A stretch of 64,000 nucleotides of DNA from the NCBI GenBank assembly GCA_964441745.1, contig CAYTYR010000009.1, positions 1-64,000 on the forward strand, written 5' to 3'. The notes beneath the pieces are model-generated. The model was not told the origin of the DNA. It saw only the letters and a list, made by a program, of their open reading frames with translations, and made no database searches. Position 1 is the first letter of the stretch. Each line of letters begins with the position of its first letter. The position numbers and the translations under genes were made by a program. The stretch is from an uncultured Clostridia bacterium. GTDB lineage: Bacteria; CAYTYR01; UBA6262. Of this stretch, positions 21,395 to 31,026 are shown piece after piece.

Positions 21395-22354
21395 ATGGAT
21401 AGAAAGACGTTGTTTACCTATGCCTTACTGGCTTTGTGCGGTCTCTCCGTCCTCTTGGGACTAGTACTGGTTTTTAAACAGTCTCCTGTTTCAGCAGGAA
21501 AGGAATCAGGCAAACTGGAATTACCTTCTCTCGGTAAGGATGGTATTGCTATTGTCTACATTTACGGCGAAATATTTGTGGAGCGCCAGTATTCCATGTT
21601 TCCCGGGTTTCTCTCCGGGTCAGACGCGATCGTTGATCGTCTCCGGAAGATCGATAAGAACAAGAACGTCAAAGCAGTGGTTTTAAGGATTAATTCCCCA
21701 GGTGGCAGCACTGGCGCCAGCCAGGAGATCTATGAAGAAGTGAATAAACTGCGCCAGCACGGCAAAAAGATAGTTGTTTCCATGGGTGATGTTGGCGCTA
21801 GCGGAGCTTACTATATTGCCTGTGCCGCGGACAAGATAGTTGCTAATCCTTCAACTATTACCGGCAGTATCGGCGTAATCTTTAATTTTGGCAATATGCA
21901 GGAACTTTTCAAAAAAATTGGCGTAAAAATGGAAGTGGTCAAGAGCGGTAAATCCAAGGATATTGGCGCTTATTGGCGTTCACCTGATGAATCAGAGAAA
22001 CAGCTGCTGCAGGGCTTGATCGATAATAGTTATGAACAGTTTATTAAAGTGATCGTCGCTGGCCGGAAGATGACCTATGAGCAGGTGAAACAGCTGGCCG
22101 ATGGTTCTATCTTTACGGGTGAACAAGCCATGAATAAAGGCTTGGTCGACCAATTAGGCAATCTTCCTGACGCAATCCAGGCTGCAGCAGACCTGGCCGG
22201 ATTAAAAGGGGAGCCTTATATAATCAAAGATTATTCGCCGATGGAAAAAGTATTTGAAATGTTTGGCGGCCGTAAAACTGATGAGAACACCCTGACCCAG
22301 GTAACCAGGGTCTTGGATAAAAGCGATACGCGGCTAGCTTATTTAATGGAGTAG
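21395..22354 (+). CDS. sppA: signal peptide peptidase, 36K type
   Basis: RINSPGG, ASGAYYIA, TGSIGV and KSGKSKD motifs. Confidence 0.93.
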   Translation: MDRKTLFTYALLALCGLSVLLGLVLVFKQSPVSAGKESGKLELPSLGKDGIAIVYIYGEIFVERQYSMFPGFLSGSDAIVDRLRKIDKNKNVKAVVLRINSPGGSTGASQEIYEEVNKLRQHGKKIVVSMGDVGASGAYYIACAADKIVANPSTITGSIGVIFNFGNMQELFKKIGVKMEVVKSGKSKDIGAYWRSPDESEKQLLQGLIDNSYEQFIKVIVAGRKMTYEQVKQLADGSIFTGEQAMNKGLVDQLGNLPDAIQAAADLAGLKGEPYIIKDYSPMEKVFEMFGGRKTDENTLTQVTRVLDKSDTRLAYLME

Positions 22355-22357
22355 AAA

Positions 22358-22933
22358 ATGGAAAGATTGGCAATAATTTCTAAAATAATCACCGACCCGG
22401 AGCAGGGTTTCAACGAACTCTTGGTCTCTCATAAGCCGCTTTGGTTTTCTTTTTGGATAGTGATTATCAGTTTATTTTTTCAAAGCGTAGCGGGACTGTT
22501 AATCGATAATAGCGACTCGATGCAAGTCACTGGTATGCTTACGGTTGGTTACCTGGCCAAGCTTTTTGCCTTTGTCGTTTTCTGGGTAATCATGACATCT
22601 TTGTTTAGTTCTATTATTTCCTGGTTTAAAAAAGAAGGAAACATTAATCAATTATTTGTCCTTTTTGGCGCCAGCCTCTTGCCGCTGATCTTTCTGCCAG
22701 CTGGAGCTATCTTAAGTAAAGGATTAGGCGCCAGCAGTAATAATATCTACATTTTGACCTATCTGTTTATTGCTATTTGGATTCTGACCCTGCAAGTGAA
22801 AAGCCTCAAGATCATTTATCAGTTGACAACTGGGAAAGCAATCTTGGTGTATTTTATTCCATTTATCTCCACTTTTTTCATATTTACCATTTCCCTCATC
22901 CTGACTGTCATTCTTATCTACTTAAAATTCTAA
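22358..22933 (+). CDS. Yip1-family membrane protein
   Basis: IITDPEQGF N-terminal motif and about five TM helices. Confidence 0.7.
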   Translation: MERLAIISKIITDPEQGFNELLVSHKPLWFSFWIVIISLFFQSVAGLLIDNSDSMQVTGMLTVGYLAKLFAFVVFWVIMTSLFSSIISWFKKEGNINQLFVLFGASLLPLIFLPAGAILSKGLGASSNNIYILTYLFIAIWILTLQVKSLKIIYQLTTGKAILVYFIPFISTFFIFTISLILTVILIYLKF

Positions 22934-23850
22934 TGCTTACATTTACTCCTTCCTACCTGAAACTGCAGAGTGGAATCCTAACTAAACGCATCAAACAGGC
23001 TTACCGGCAGCTCGAAAGCTGTGACCTCTGCCCGCGGGATTGCCAAATCAACCGGTTAGAGGATGCTCATGGTTTCTGCCAAGCTGGGCTGGCTCCTGAG
23101 ATCGCTTCTTTTAATGCTCATTTTGGCGAAGAACCGCCGATTAGCGGCACGGCCGGATCAGGGACGATATTTTTTACCCATTGCAACCTGCGCTGTGCCT
23201 TTTGTCAGAATTATCCCATCAGCCAATTTGGCAACGGAACCGCAGTCCCAGTCGAAGAACTTGTCCGGATCATGCTTTTCCTGCAAAGCAAAAAATGCCA
23301 CAATGTCAACCTGGTAACAGGGACTATTTATATCCCGCAAATCCTGGCCGCATTGGAAAAAGCTATTGAAAAAGGATTTCATTTGCCATTGGTTTATAAC
23401 TGCGGCGGCTATGAAAGCCTGGCAACGCTCCAACTGCTGGATGGCATTATAGATATTTACCTGCCTGACGCCAAATATAGCGATAATGCCCTGGCTGAAA
23501 AATATTCCCAGGCCCCTCATTATTGGGAGATTAACCAAGCCGCATTGCTGGAGATGCATCGCCAAGTCGGGGACCTGCAGTTTGATGCAGGCGGGATTGC
23601 CAGACGGGGATTGCTGATCAGGCATCTAGTGTTACCGGAGAATATTTCCGGCAGTTTAAAAATATTGGAATTTATAGCTGGGAAGATCAGCGATCAGGCT
23701 TACCTGAGTATAATGAGCCAATATACACCCCGGCACCTGGCTTGCGGCATTCCAGAATTAAACCGGCAGATTACGGAACAGGAATATGCGCTAGTCATTA
23801 ATAAACTTAAACAGCTTAATTTGAATAATGGCTGGGTGCAAGAGATTTAG
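22933..23850 (+). CDS. radical SAM protein (PflX-like)
   Basis: CDLCPRDC, HFGEEPPISG, CNLRCAFCQN and DIYLPDAKY motifs; ATG overlaps the upstream TAA. Confidence 0.9.
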   Translation: MLTFTPSYLKLQSGILTKRIKQAYRQLESCDLCPRDCQINRLEDAHGFCQAGLAPEIASFNAHFGEEPPISGTAGSGTIFFTHCNLRCAFCQNYPISQFGNGTAVPVEELVRIMLFLQSKKCHNVNLVTGTIYIPQILAALEKAIEKGFHLPLVYNCGGYESLATLQLLDGIIDIYLPDAKYSDNALAEKYSQAPHYWEINQAALLEMHRQVGDLQFDAGGIARRGLLIRHLVLPENISGSLKILEFIAGKISDQAYLSIMSQYTPRHLACGIPELNRQITEQEYALVINKLKQLNLNNGWVQEI

Positions 23851-23918
23851 AAACAACATTGCGTACTATTGACTTTACAGAACAAATGAGCTACAATTTT
23901 GGGCACAGGGAGCTATAC

Positions 23919-24728
23919 ATGTCCAGAAAAACAGTGTATGCCGGTACCTGGTATCCAGGTACTGAAGATAGTATTATTAAAACCATTGATACTTTCCTGC
24001 CAAATAAAAAAGTTACTTCCCGTAAAGCCATCGGCATCATAGTTCCGCATGCTGGTTGGCTGTATTCCGGGAAAATAGCCGCCCAGGTTTTTGCCAGTAC
24101 TAAGATCCCTGGGACTATTGTCATGATCGGTCCAAACCATACTGGCCGGGGATATATGGTTTCTTTGGCTGATAACGATGCCTGGAATACGCCCTGTGGG
24201 CCGGTCAGTCTGGACATTGATCTGGGTAAGAGGATAACTGAATTATGCGGCGGCACTGTCTCGCTGGATAATAGCGCTCATGCCCAGGAACATTCCCTGG
24301 AAATTCAACTGCCTTTTCTCCAATATTTCCGTAAAGATCTAAAGATCGTGCCTATTATCCTGGGCACCCAGTCCCAGGAAATATGCCGCATCCTGGGAGA
24401 AGGGATTGCCAGCGCGATCAAGGAAAGCAAAAAAGAAGTACTAATACTGGCCTCATCAGACATGACTCACTATGAAAGTCTCGCTGCTGCCAAGAAAAAA
24501 GACACTTTAGCGATCAATGATATACTGGCTCTGCAACCTAATAAATTATTACAAACAGTCAGCGAAAATAACATCAGCATGTGTGGTGTTGCGCCCACAG
24601 CCGTAATGTTATATGCGGCTAAATCCCTCGGAGCTGCCAGCGCCGAATTGGTTAGCTATGATACCAGCGGCGCAGTTACCGGCGACAATAATGAAGTAGT
24701 GGGATACGCCGGCATAATCGTAACCTAA
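23919..24728 (+). CDS. amrB: MEMO1-family protein (AmmeMemoRadiSam protein B)
   Basis: PHAGWLYSG, GPNHTG, EHSLEIQLPF, SSDMTHY, SMCG and VVGYAG motifs. Confidence 0.92.
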   Translation: MSRKTVYAGTWYPGTEDSIIKTIDTFLPNKKVTSRKAIGIIVPHAGWLYSGKIAAQVFASTKIPGTIVMIGPNHTGRGYMVSLADNDAWNTPCGPVSLDIDLGKRITELCGGTVSLDNSAHAQEHSLEIQLPFLQYFRKDLKIVPIILGTQSQEICRILGEGIASAIKESKKEVLILASSDMTHYESLAAAKKKDTLAINDILALQPNKLLQTVSENNISMCGVAPTAVMLYAAKSLGAASAELVSYDTSGAVTGDNNEVVGYAGIIVT

Positions 24729-24836
24729 ATGCTAAATTACAAATTACTCGCTTCGCTAATTCGAAGTTATGGTATAAAAACCACAATTTAGCATAAGTCC
24801 CGATAAATCGGGACGATAGAATTTAGAATTTGTAAT
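24726..24836. repeat. family D arrays with embedded palindrome GTCCCGATAAATCGGGAC
   Basis: ctaaatg ctaaatt acaaatt ... tagaatt tagaatt tgtaatt; 18-nt palindrome at 24797-24814. Confidence 0.65.
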
Positions 24837-24855
24837 TGATTTTATTGGAGGATTA

Positions 24856-25875
24856 ATGACCGAAATTAGAAAAGATCCCTTTACTGAACAATGGATCATC
24901 ACTGGTACTGAAAAAGAACAAGAGTTCTTTACCTCACTTGCTTCCCAGGAAAAAACAGAGTGGAAGGTTTGTCCCTTCTGCCCTGGAAATGAAAAAGTCA
25001 GCGGCAAAGAAATATTTGCCTTAAGAACCCCTGGCACTTCCGCAGACACCCCGGGATGGGAAGTACGGGTGATCGTCTCCAAACAAGCTGCCCTGCAAAT
25101 AGAAACTGATCCGGACCGCCGGGCGGAAGGCATGTATGATCTCATGAGCAATGTCGGTGCGCATGAAGTAATTATTGAAACTCCGGAACACGTCAAGAAT
25201 TTGTCTAATCTTACGGTTGAACAAATAGAAAAAGTATTCAGCACCTACCAGTCCAGGATGCGCGATCTGGAAGGGGACCGCCGTTTTAAATATGCCTTGA
25301 TCTTTAAAAATCAGCGCAAGAGCAGTAAATACCGTCTTTCCCATGCTCACTCGCAACTGGTCGCCTTGCCTATTACTCCTAAAACAATTAAAGATGAGCT
25401 GCATCATGCCCGTGAGTATTACGGCTTTAAGGACCGTTGCCTTTACTGCGATGTGATCACCCAGGAGTTAAGGGAAACCAAAAGAGTAGTAGAAGAAAAT
25501 GACAGTTACGTCGCGGTTACTCCTTTTGCCAGCCGGTTCCCATTTGAAGTTTGGATCATGCCTAAAAAGCATAATTGCGATTTTCTCAAGGAATCTCCGG
25601 AGAGCCTGCTCAACCTGGCTAAAATAATGAAAAACAGCCTGTTGCGCGTCGAGAAAGTGCTGGATGATCCCCCTTTGAATTTCATGCTTCATTCTGCCCC
25701 TTACATGCGCGAACGGGAAGGGTACTGGGCCACTATTAAGGACGACTATCATTGGCATATCGAGATCACGCCCCAAGTCCTGGAATTATCCGGATTTGAA
25801 ATAGGGACCGGATCCCAGATCCAGCCTTTATTGCCTGAAGTCGCGGCCCAATTATTGCGCGAGATAAAATTATGA
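24856..25875 (+). CDS. galactose-1-phosphate uridylyltransferase-like protein (divergent)
   Basis: CPFCPGNE, HEVIIETPEH, HAHSQ, CLYCD and YHWHIEI motifs. Confidence 0.8.
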   Translation: MTEIRKDPFTEQWIITGTEKEQEFFTSLASQEKTEWKVCPFCPGNEKVSGKEIFALRTPGTSADTPGWEVRVIVSKQAALQIETDPDRRAEGMYDLMSNVGAHEVIIETPEHVKNLSNLTVEQIEKVFSTYQSRMRDLEGDRRFKYALIFKNQRKSSKYRLSHAHSQLVALPITPKTIKDELHHAREYYGFKDRCLYCDVITQELRETKRVVEENDSYVAVTPFASRFPFEVWIMPKKHNCDFLKESPESLLNLAKIMKNSLLRVEKVLDDPPLNFMLHSAPYMREREGYWATIKDDYHWHIEITPQVLELSGFEIGTGSQIQPLLPEVAAQLLREIKL

Positions 25876-26486
25876 TGGCTGAGCTCTACTTTTTTATCAA
25901 ACCTTATTTGCTTAGTTTTATTCCTATCTTCGTGGCGATTGATATTGTCGGCATCCTGCCTATTTTCCTCGGCTTGACCACCGGGATGACCGCTGAAGAG
26001 AAGCATAAAAGTATAATTGAATCCCTGATCACCGCTACGACCATTGCCATTATCTTTATCCTGATCGGCAAATTACTCTTCCTGATTATGGGCATCACCA
26101 TCGCCGACTTCAAGATCGGAGGAGGCATCCTCCTGCTGATATTATCGGTTAATTTATTGCTGCCAGGAGTTTCTTCCACCCGGGAAAAGCAATACCAGGA
26201 TGCCGGTGTCTTTCCTATCGGGACTCCCCTGATCGCCGGTCCGGCTCTGCTCACCACATCGTTAGTCCTGATCGATTCGTTCGGGATGTTCCCGACCTTC
26301 ATTTCATTGATCCTGAATATACTTATTTCCTGGATCATTCTGGCCAACAGTGAGCGGATCTCCCGGCTGATCGGTCTAAATGGGATGAGGGCCTTTTCCA
26401 AAGTAGCGGATATTTTCCTGACCGCCATCGCGGTAATGATGATCCGCAGCGGCATACAAGAAGCGTACAAACTATTTTTCAAATAA
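25872..26486 (+). CDS. MarC-family membrane protein
   Basis: FKIGGGILL and FPIGTPLIAGP motifs; six TM segments. Confidence 0.9.
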   Translation: MMAELYFFIKPYLLSFIPIFVAIDIVGILPIFLGLTTGMTAEEKHKSIIESLITATTIAIIFILIGKLLFLIMGITIADFKIGGGILLLILSVNLLLPGVSSTREKQYQDAGVFPIGTPLIAGPALLTTSLVLIDSFGMFPTFISLILNILISWIILANSERISRLIGLNGMRAFSKVADIFLTAIAVMMIRSGIQEAYKLFFK

Positions 26487-26492
26487 CTTCCT

Positions 26493-27140
26493 ATGAAAAA
26501 AATAACCCTCCAGCAAATGCGGGCAATAGACGATCAAACCATTAATACCTATGGTATCCCAGCCCAGGTGCTAATGGATCACGCCGGCAAAGCAGTAGCT
26601 GATGAAACCCTTAAACTGTTGACCAAGAAAAATAAAAAGATAGCCATCTTCTGCGGTTCCGGCAATAATGGCGGCGATGGATTGGTCGCTGCCCGCTGGC
26701 TTTATCATTATGGGGAAAGAGTAGAAGTGTTTTTTGTCGGTAGCTTGGATCAGGCCAGCCTGGAAACCCGCCTTAATTTCGCGGTCATCGAAAATCTGCA
26801 TATTCCCGTGCAAAAAGTCCAGGACAATTGGCCCTTTTTAAAAGAGCAGATCAGTTATTTCCATGTAGTCATAGATGCTTTATTGGGCACCGGCAGCCAC
26901 GGCCCGATCCTGGGATTATATAAAAATATTATTGACGATTTGAATCAAAGTGGTGTAAAAATAATAAGCATTGATATACCCAGCGGTCTGAATGCTGATA
27001 CCGGGCAATCCCTGGGGACCTGTATCTCAGCTGTAGTAACTGTGACTCTTGGCTTTCCTAAAATAGGTTTTGGACAGACTGCTGCGAAAAAATACACTGG
27101 CAAAGTAGTCGTTGCCGACATCGGCTTAATAGATAAGTAA
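26493..27140 (+). CDS. nnrE: NAD(P)H-hydrate epimerase (stand-alone YjeF_N)
   Basis: CGSGNNGGDG, DALLGTG, DIPSG and VADIG motifs. Confidence 0.92.
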   Translation: MKKITLQQMRAIDDQTINTYGIPAQVLMDHAGKAVADETLKLLTKKNKKIAIFCGSGNNGGDGLVAARWLYHYGERVEVFFVGSLDQASLETRLNFAVIENLHIPVQKVQDNWPFLKEQISYFHVVIDALLGTGSHGPILGLYKNIIDDLNQSGVKIISIDIPSGLNADTGQSLGTCISAVVTVTLGFPKIGFGQTAAKKYTGKVVVADIGLIDK

Positions 27141-27142
27141 AA

Positions 27143-27250
27143 GGTGTAGGTTATGGAAGTAGGTATGGAAGTAAGTAGTAAGTCTTTGGTTTAAACCCAA
27201 TCCCTAAGACTAATAACTATACTTACATCTACACCTTAAAACTAATACCT
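27143..27250. repeat. family B intergenic element
   Basis: ggtgtaggttatggaagtaggtatggaagtaagt...cctaagac...acttacatctacacct. Confidence 0.75.
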
Positions 27251-27268
27251 GTAAAACAGGAGGGAATC

Positions 27269-27757
27269 ATGATCCAGGACCTGACTTCTCTTTTTAGCAA
27301 GACTGCGTCTCATATCATTGCCGGGGTGATCAAAAGCGGCGGTATAGTCGGAGGAGTGAAGATCAGCGGAGCTAATGGCGTGCTCATAGACAATGACCGG
27401 CTGAGCAACCAGGTACAAAAAGAAATTATGGACAAAGCCGGGGTTAAAGGTTTTATTTCTACTGATGAACTGCCGCAATATGGTATCAACGCCGATGATA
27501 AGAAGAAGATCCTGTCTGCCTGTAAAGCTACAAATAAAGATGTGGTAGTGATGATCGCTGACCAAAAAGACAATACCCTGGCCGCGTTAAAGATCATTGC
27601 CGACATGCTCTCCGGCAAAACGAAAAAAGCCACACCTAAAACCAAGAATAAAGCAGTCAAGAAAACTAAAAAAACAGCAAAAGTCAAGAAAACTGCCAAG
27701 CCGAAAAAGTCTAAAAAACCTGCCGCTAAAAAGAAAGTTAAAAAAAGGAATAAATAA
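27269..27757 (+). CDS. stand-alone GatE-type GAD/insertion domain with Lys/Ala-rich tail
   Basis: DLTSLFSKTAS...AGVKGFISTDELPQYGI...DVVVMIAD resembles the GatE insertion domain; the last ~45 aa are histone-H1-like. Confidence 0.65.
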   Translation: MIQDLTSLFSKTASHIIAGVIKSGGIVGGVKISGANGVLIDNDRLSNQVQKEIMDKAGVKGFISTDELPQYGINADDKKKILSACKATNKDVVVMIADQKDNTLAALKIIADMLSGKTKKATPKTKNKAVKKTKKTAKVKKTAKPKKSKKPAAKKKVKKRNK

Positions 27758-27968
27758 AATCAGCTTGACAATTTATTATTTTGTGTTATTTTCTTATTAC
27801 CTGCCAGAGGCAGGCCAAATTCTCCTTACAATCTAATAGTAAATAAAAAAGCCGCGGACCAGCAATAAGTTATGGTTTTTACATAATTAATTATTGCTTT
27901 AACCGGGGCTAGCAAAGAACCGGTTTTTTTATTTATTCTTAACATTAGATTAACATAAGGAGAAGCTC

Positions 27969-30893
27969 ATGAACTTAAAGAAAGCCACGATACTTGCCAT
28001 TATCTTAGGAACTCTGCTTAAGGTCAATACCCTCCTGGCGGCTACAGCGCATGATTGGCTGGCCGCGCAACAAAATAACACCACTGGACTTGTAGATAGT
28101 TTTGAAGGTGATAATTCCACGGTAGGGTACACCTATGACCAGGCGTGCGCTATTATTGCTTTCACCTGCGAAAATGACCTGGTGCGGGCCAAGAAAGTTT
28201 TAGACGCCATGATGCCCTTGCAATTCGCCGAAGGCAGCTGGTCCAACGGTCATTATACTGATACTGCTACCCGTACTTCTACCTGGCGGCGCAGCGGAGA
28301 AACCCTGTGGATGATGCTGGCGATCAACTATTATACCCGCAAAACCGGCGATACCACTTATGTCAATGCCTGCCAGAAAGCTGCTGACTGGCTCATTACC
28401 CTGCAGGAAACCAATATGGCTGATGCGCGCTATGGCTCTATTTACGGCGGGTTGACCGATGTCGGGGCCAGGGAGACTTGGACCAGCACCGAACATAACT
28501 ATGACGCTTACTCTGCTTTTTATTATCTTGGTGAAATCCTGAACAACCAGTATTATAAAGATAAAGCCCAGTTAGTCTATAACTGGCTGGTCAATAAAAT
28601 GTGGGACAATACAGCCGGCAGATTTTATACCGGCCATAATGATTATAGTACTTACCTTGATCCGCAAAGCTGGAGCATCGTAGCTATCGGCAAGACCGGT
28701 CCCGCTGGACAGGATTTCAGCCGTTCTATTTCCTTTGCTTATAATACCATGCGCCTGACCAGGACTTATAACAGCCAGACAATTGAAGGCTTTGATTACG
28801 ACGGGACAATTGCTTATCCCGGCGGCGGTGTCTGGTTTGAAGGCACAGAACAAATGGCGCTGACCTACGAGACACTAGGAGACATGACTAAAGCAAATTA
28901 TTTCCATAGCCAGACGGCAAAAGCCCAATCTGCTAATGGTGGTGTATTGTGCGCCGTTGGGGATGGGGGAGACTACTGGCCAACCAATTTCCAGCATAAT
29001 GCCGTAGCCACTACTAGTTGGTATATTTTCTGCTCACAATCACCCAGAGTAAATCCTTTTAAACCACCAGTAACCACTGCCGATACGACTGCACCGGTTC
29101 TTTCCGGTATAGCTAGTTCCAATATTACCACCACCGGAGCAAATATAACCTGGACAACGAATGAAGCCAGTAATACCCAGGTTGAGTATGGCTTAACCGC
29201 CAGCTACGGTAATAACTCAACCTTGAACTCCAGCTTGATCACCAGCCACAGCGTGGTCCTGTCTGGATTGACTGCCAGTACCTTGTATCACTATCGGGTT
29301 AAATCCAGGGATGCAGCCGGCAATTTAGCCACCAGCGCTGATTATTCGTTCACTACAGGAACTACTGCGCCCCAAACTAAAAACTACGCGCCAACTGCTA
29401 TTTCCGTGACCCAGGGAACAGGGCAGGGGACCTATGCAAATTTGGCGGTCGATGATAGCTCTTACTTTAGTAACAATGCCATGCAAAATGGCACTTTGTT
29501 CTATACTGATTGGTATGTCCAAACATATATCACCGATGCCCCGGCTACAGTGACTAAACTTGTTTTCACTTTCAACGGACACTATACTTCTACACAAGCA
29601 CAAAGTTTGTCTGCCTATAACTTTACGACCAGCGCTTGGGACTTAATCAATTCTACGACCGTAGGAACTACTGATCAGACTATTGCCGTCACCTTAACTA
29701 CTAATCTTACTAATTATGTCTCCAGCGCCGGAGAGATCCGTTTGCGTATTTATGCCGAACGCACCAGCAACGTCTGCTGTTATGCTGATTACATCAATTT
29801 CTCAGTTGAAATAAACGGTACTGTTGACACCACTGCACCGGTCTTTTCCAGTATTGCCAGTTCCGGTATTACGACTACTGGAGCCGTAATTTCCTGGACT
29901 ACGAATGAAGCCAGCAATACCCAAGTGGAATATGGCTTGACCACTAGCTACGGTACCAGTTCAACGCTGAATACCAGCCTGGTCAACAATCATAGCGTTA
30001 CCTTGTCTGGATTGACAGCTAATACTCTTTATCATTATCGCGTCAAGTCCAAAGATGTGGCCGGCAATTTAGCCACCAGCGCTGATTATTCGTTCACTAC
30101 AGTCGCTTTACCGACCGGCAAGAGCTATACGCCGACCGGGATCACCATAACCAGGGGTACAGTTTCTGGCAATTATACTTATCTGAATAACAATGACGGA
30201 GCCTATCTGACAATTACCGGGACAAAGTCAGGAACAACCTATGCCACAGACTGGTACGCTAAAACAGTTATTGCCGAAGCTCGCAGTAAAGTGACTAAAC
30301 TAACCATCACCTATGACGGCCGTTTGAACCGGTCCGCTTACCAGAATCTATACCTCTACAATTTTGTCACCAGTGTCTGGGCCAGGATGGATTACCGTCT
30401 AATCAGCACAACTGATAAAACCATTACTATAACCACCAATGCTATCGCCAGCTATATTTCCTCAAGCGGTGAGATATGTTTGCGTTCCTACGTTGCCAGC
30501 AGCGGCAATTTGACCAATTATGCCGACCAGGTGAAATTTAGTGTTGAATTTAACACTGCTGTGGCTGCGGTGCAAAATATAGATGAAGACGCGCCGGCGG
30601 TACCAGGCAACGGTGAAGTAAAATTGTACAATAACGTTTTCAATCCAGCTAAAGGTGAAAGCGCCATGATCGACTATACTATTGAAAATGACGGCCAAGT
30701 CACGGTCAAATTGTACAATATTGTCGGGGAATTAGTAAGGACCTTGGTTGATGAAAGCAGGCCGGCTGGTAATTATACCGAATCCTGGAACGGCCAGAAT
30801 GATTCCAATGAGACGGTCGCCAGCGGCGTTTATTTATGTTTCATCGAAGCGCCAGGGATTAAAGTGATTAAAAAGACCGCCGTAATTAAGTAA
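27969..30893 (+). CDS. secreted multidomain protein: (alpha/alpha)6 glycoside-hydrolase-like domain, two FN3 + beta-sandwich repeats, FlgD-Ig C-terminal domain
   Basis: Signal peptide; YTYDQA, STEHN, LDPQSW and WFEGT motifs; duplicated WTTNEASNTQVEYG...YHYRVKS; YNIVGELVRTL...WNGQND...VASGVY. Confidence 0.75.
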   Translation: MNLKKATILAIILGTLLKVNTLLAATAHDWLAAQQNNTTGLVDSFEGDNSTVGYTYDQACAIIAFTCENDLVRAKKVLDAMMPLQFAEGSWSNGHYTDTATRTSTWRRSGETLWMMLAINYYTRKTGDTTYVNACQKAADWLITLQETNMADARYGSIYGGLTDVGARETWTSTEHNYDAYSAFYYLGEILNNQYYKDKAQLVYNWLVNKMWDNTAGRFYTGHNDYSTYLDPQSWSIVAIGKTGPAGQDFSRSISFAYNTMRLTRTYNSQTIEGFDYDGTIAYPGGGVWFEGTEQMALTYETLGDMTKANYFHSQTAKAQSANGGVLCAVGDGGDYWPTNFQHNAVATTSWYIFCSQSPRVNPFKPPVTTADTTAPVLSGIASSNITTTGANITWTTNEASNTQVEYGLTASYGNNSTLNSSLITSHSVVLSGLTASTLYHYRVKSRDAAGNLATSADYSFTTGTTAPQTKNYAPTAISVTQGTGQGTYANLAVDDSSYFSNNAMQNGTLFYTDWYVQTYITDAPATVTKLVFTFNGHYTSTQAQSLSAYNFTTSAWDLINSTTVGTTDQTIAVTLTTNLTNYVSSAGEIRLRIYAERTSNVCCYADYINFSVEINGTVDTTAPVFSSIASSGITTTGAVISWTTNEASNTQVEYGLTTSYGTSSTLNTSLVNNHSVTLSGLTANTLYHYRVKSKDVAGNLATSADYSFTTVALPTGKSYTPTGITITRGTVSGNYTYLNNNDGAYLTITGTKSGTTYATDWYAKTVIAEARSKVTKLTITYDGRLNRSAYQNLYLYNFVTSVWARMDYRLISTTDKTITITTNAIASYISSSGEICLRSYVASSGNLTNYADQVKFSVEFNTAVAAVQNIDEDAPAVPGNGEVKLYNNVFNPAKGESAMIDYTIENDGQVTVKLYNIVGELVRTLVDESRPAGNYTESWNGQNDSNETVASGVYLCFIEAPGIKVIKKTAVIK

Positions 30894-31026
30894 TATTCGA
30901 AACATTAGCTATAATTCGCGTAATTAGGGTATGTCCATGAGTAAAAAACAATTAGCCAGGAAAAGCAAGATAATTAAAACCCAAAAACAGGGCAAGAGAA
31001 ATATGACTGCCCAAGAGGAAAATAAA

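Noticed and set aside
22777-22932. Long overlap of the radical SAM ORF with the Yip1 gene, or a frameshift
   Set aside because: TAATG coupling at 22931-22935 gives a normal start, and the extension is an open-frame artefact.
29075-30100. Long direct repeat within 27969-30893 as a mobile element
   Set aside because: It is an in-frame duplication of an FN3-type domain with synonymous divergence.
30931-31026. Lys-rich N-terminal extension of the PorV-like protein as a separate feature
   Set aside because: The signal peptide and SD fit ATG 31027, and nothing indicates the upstream in-frame stretch is translated.
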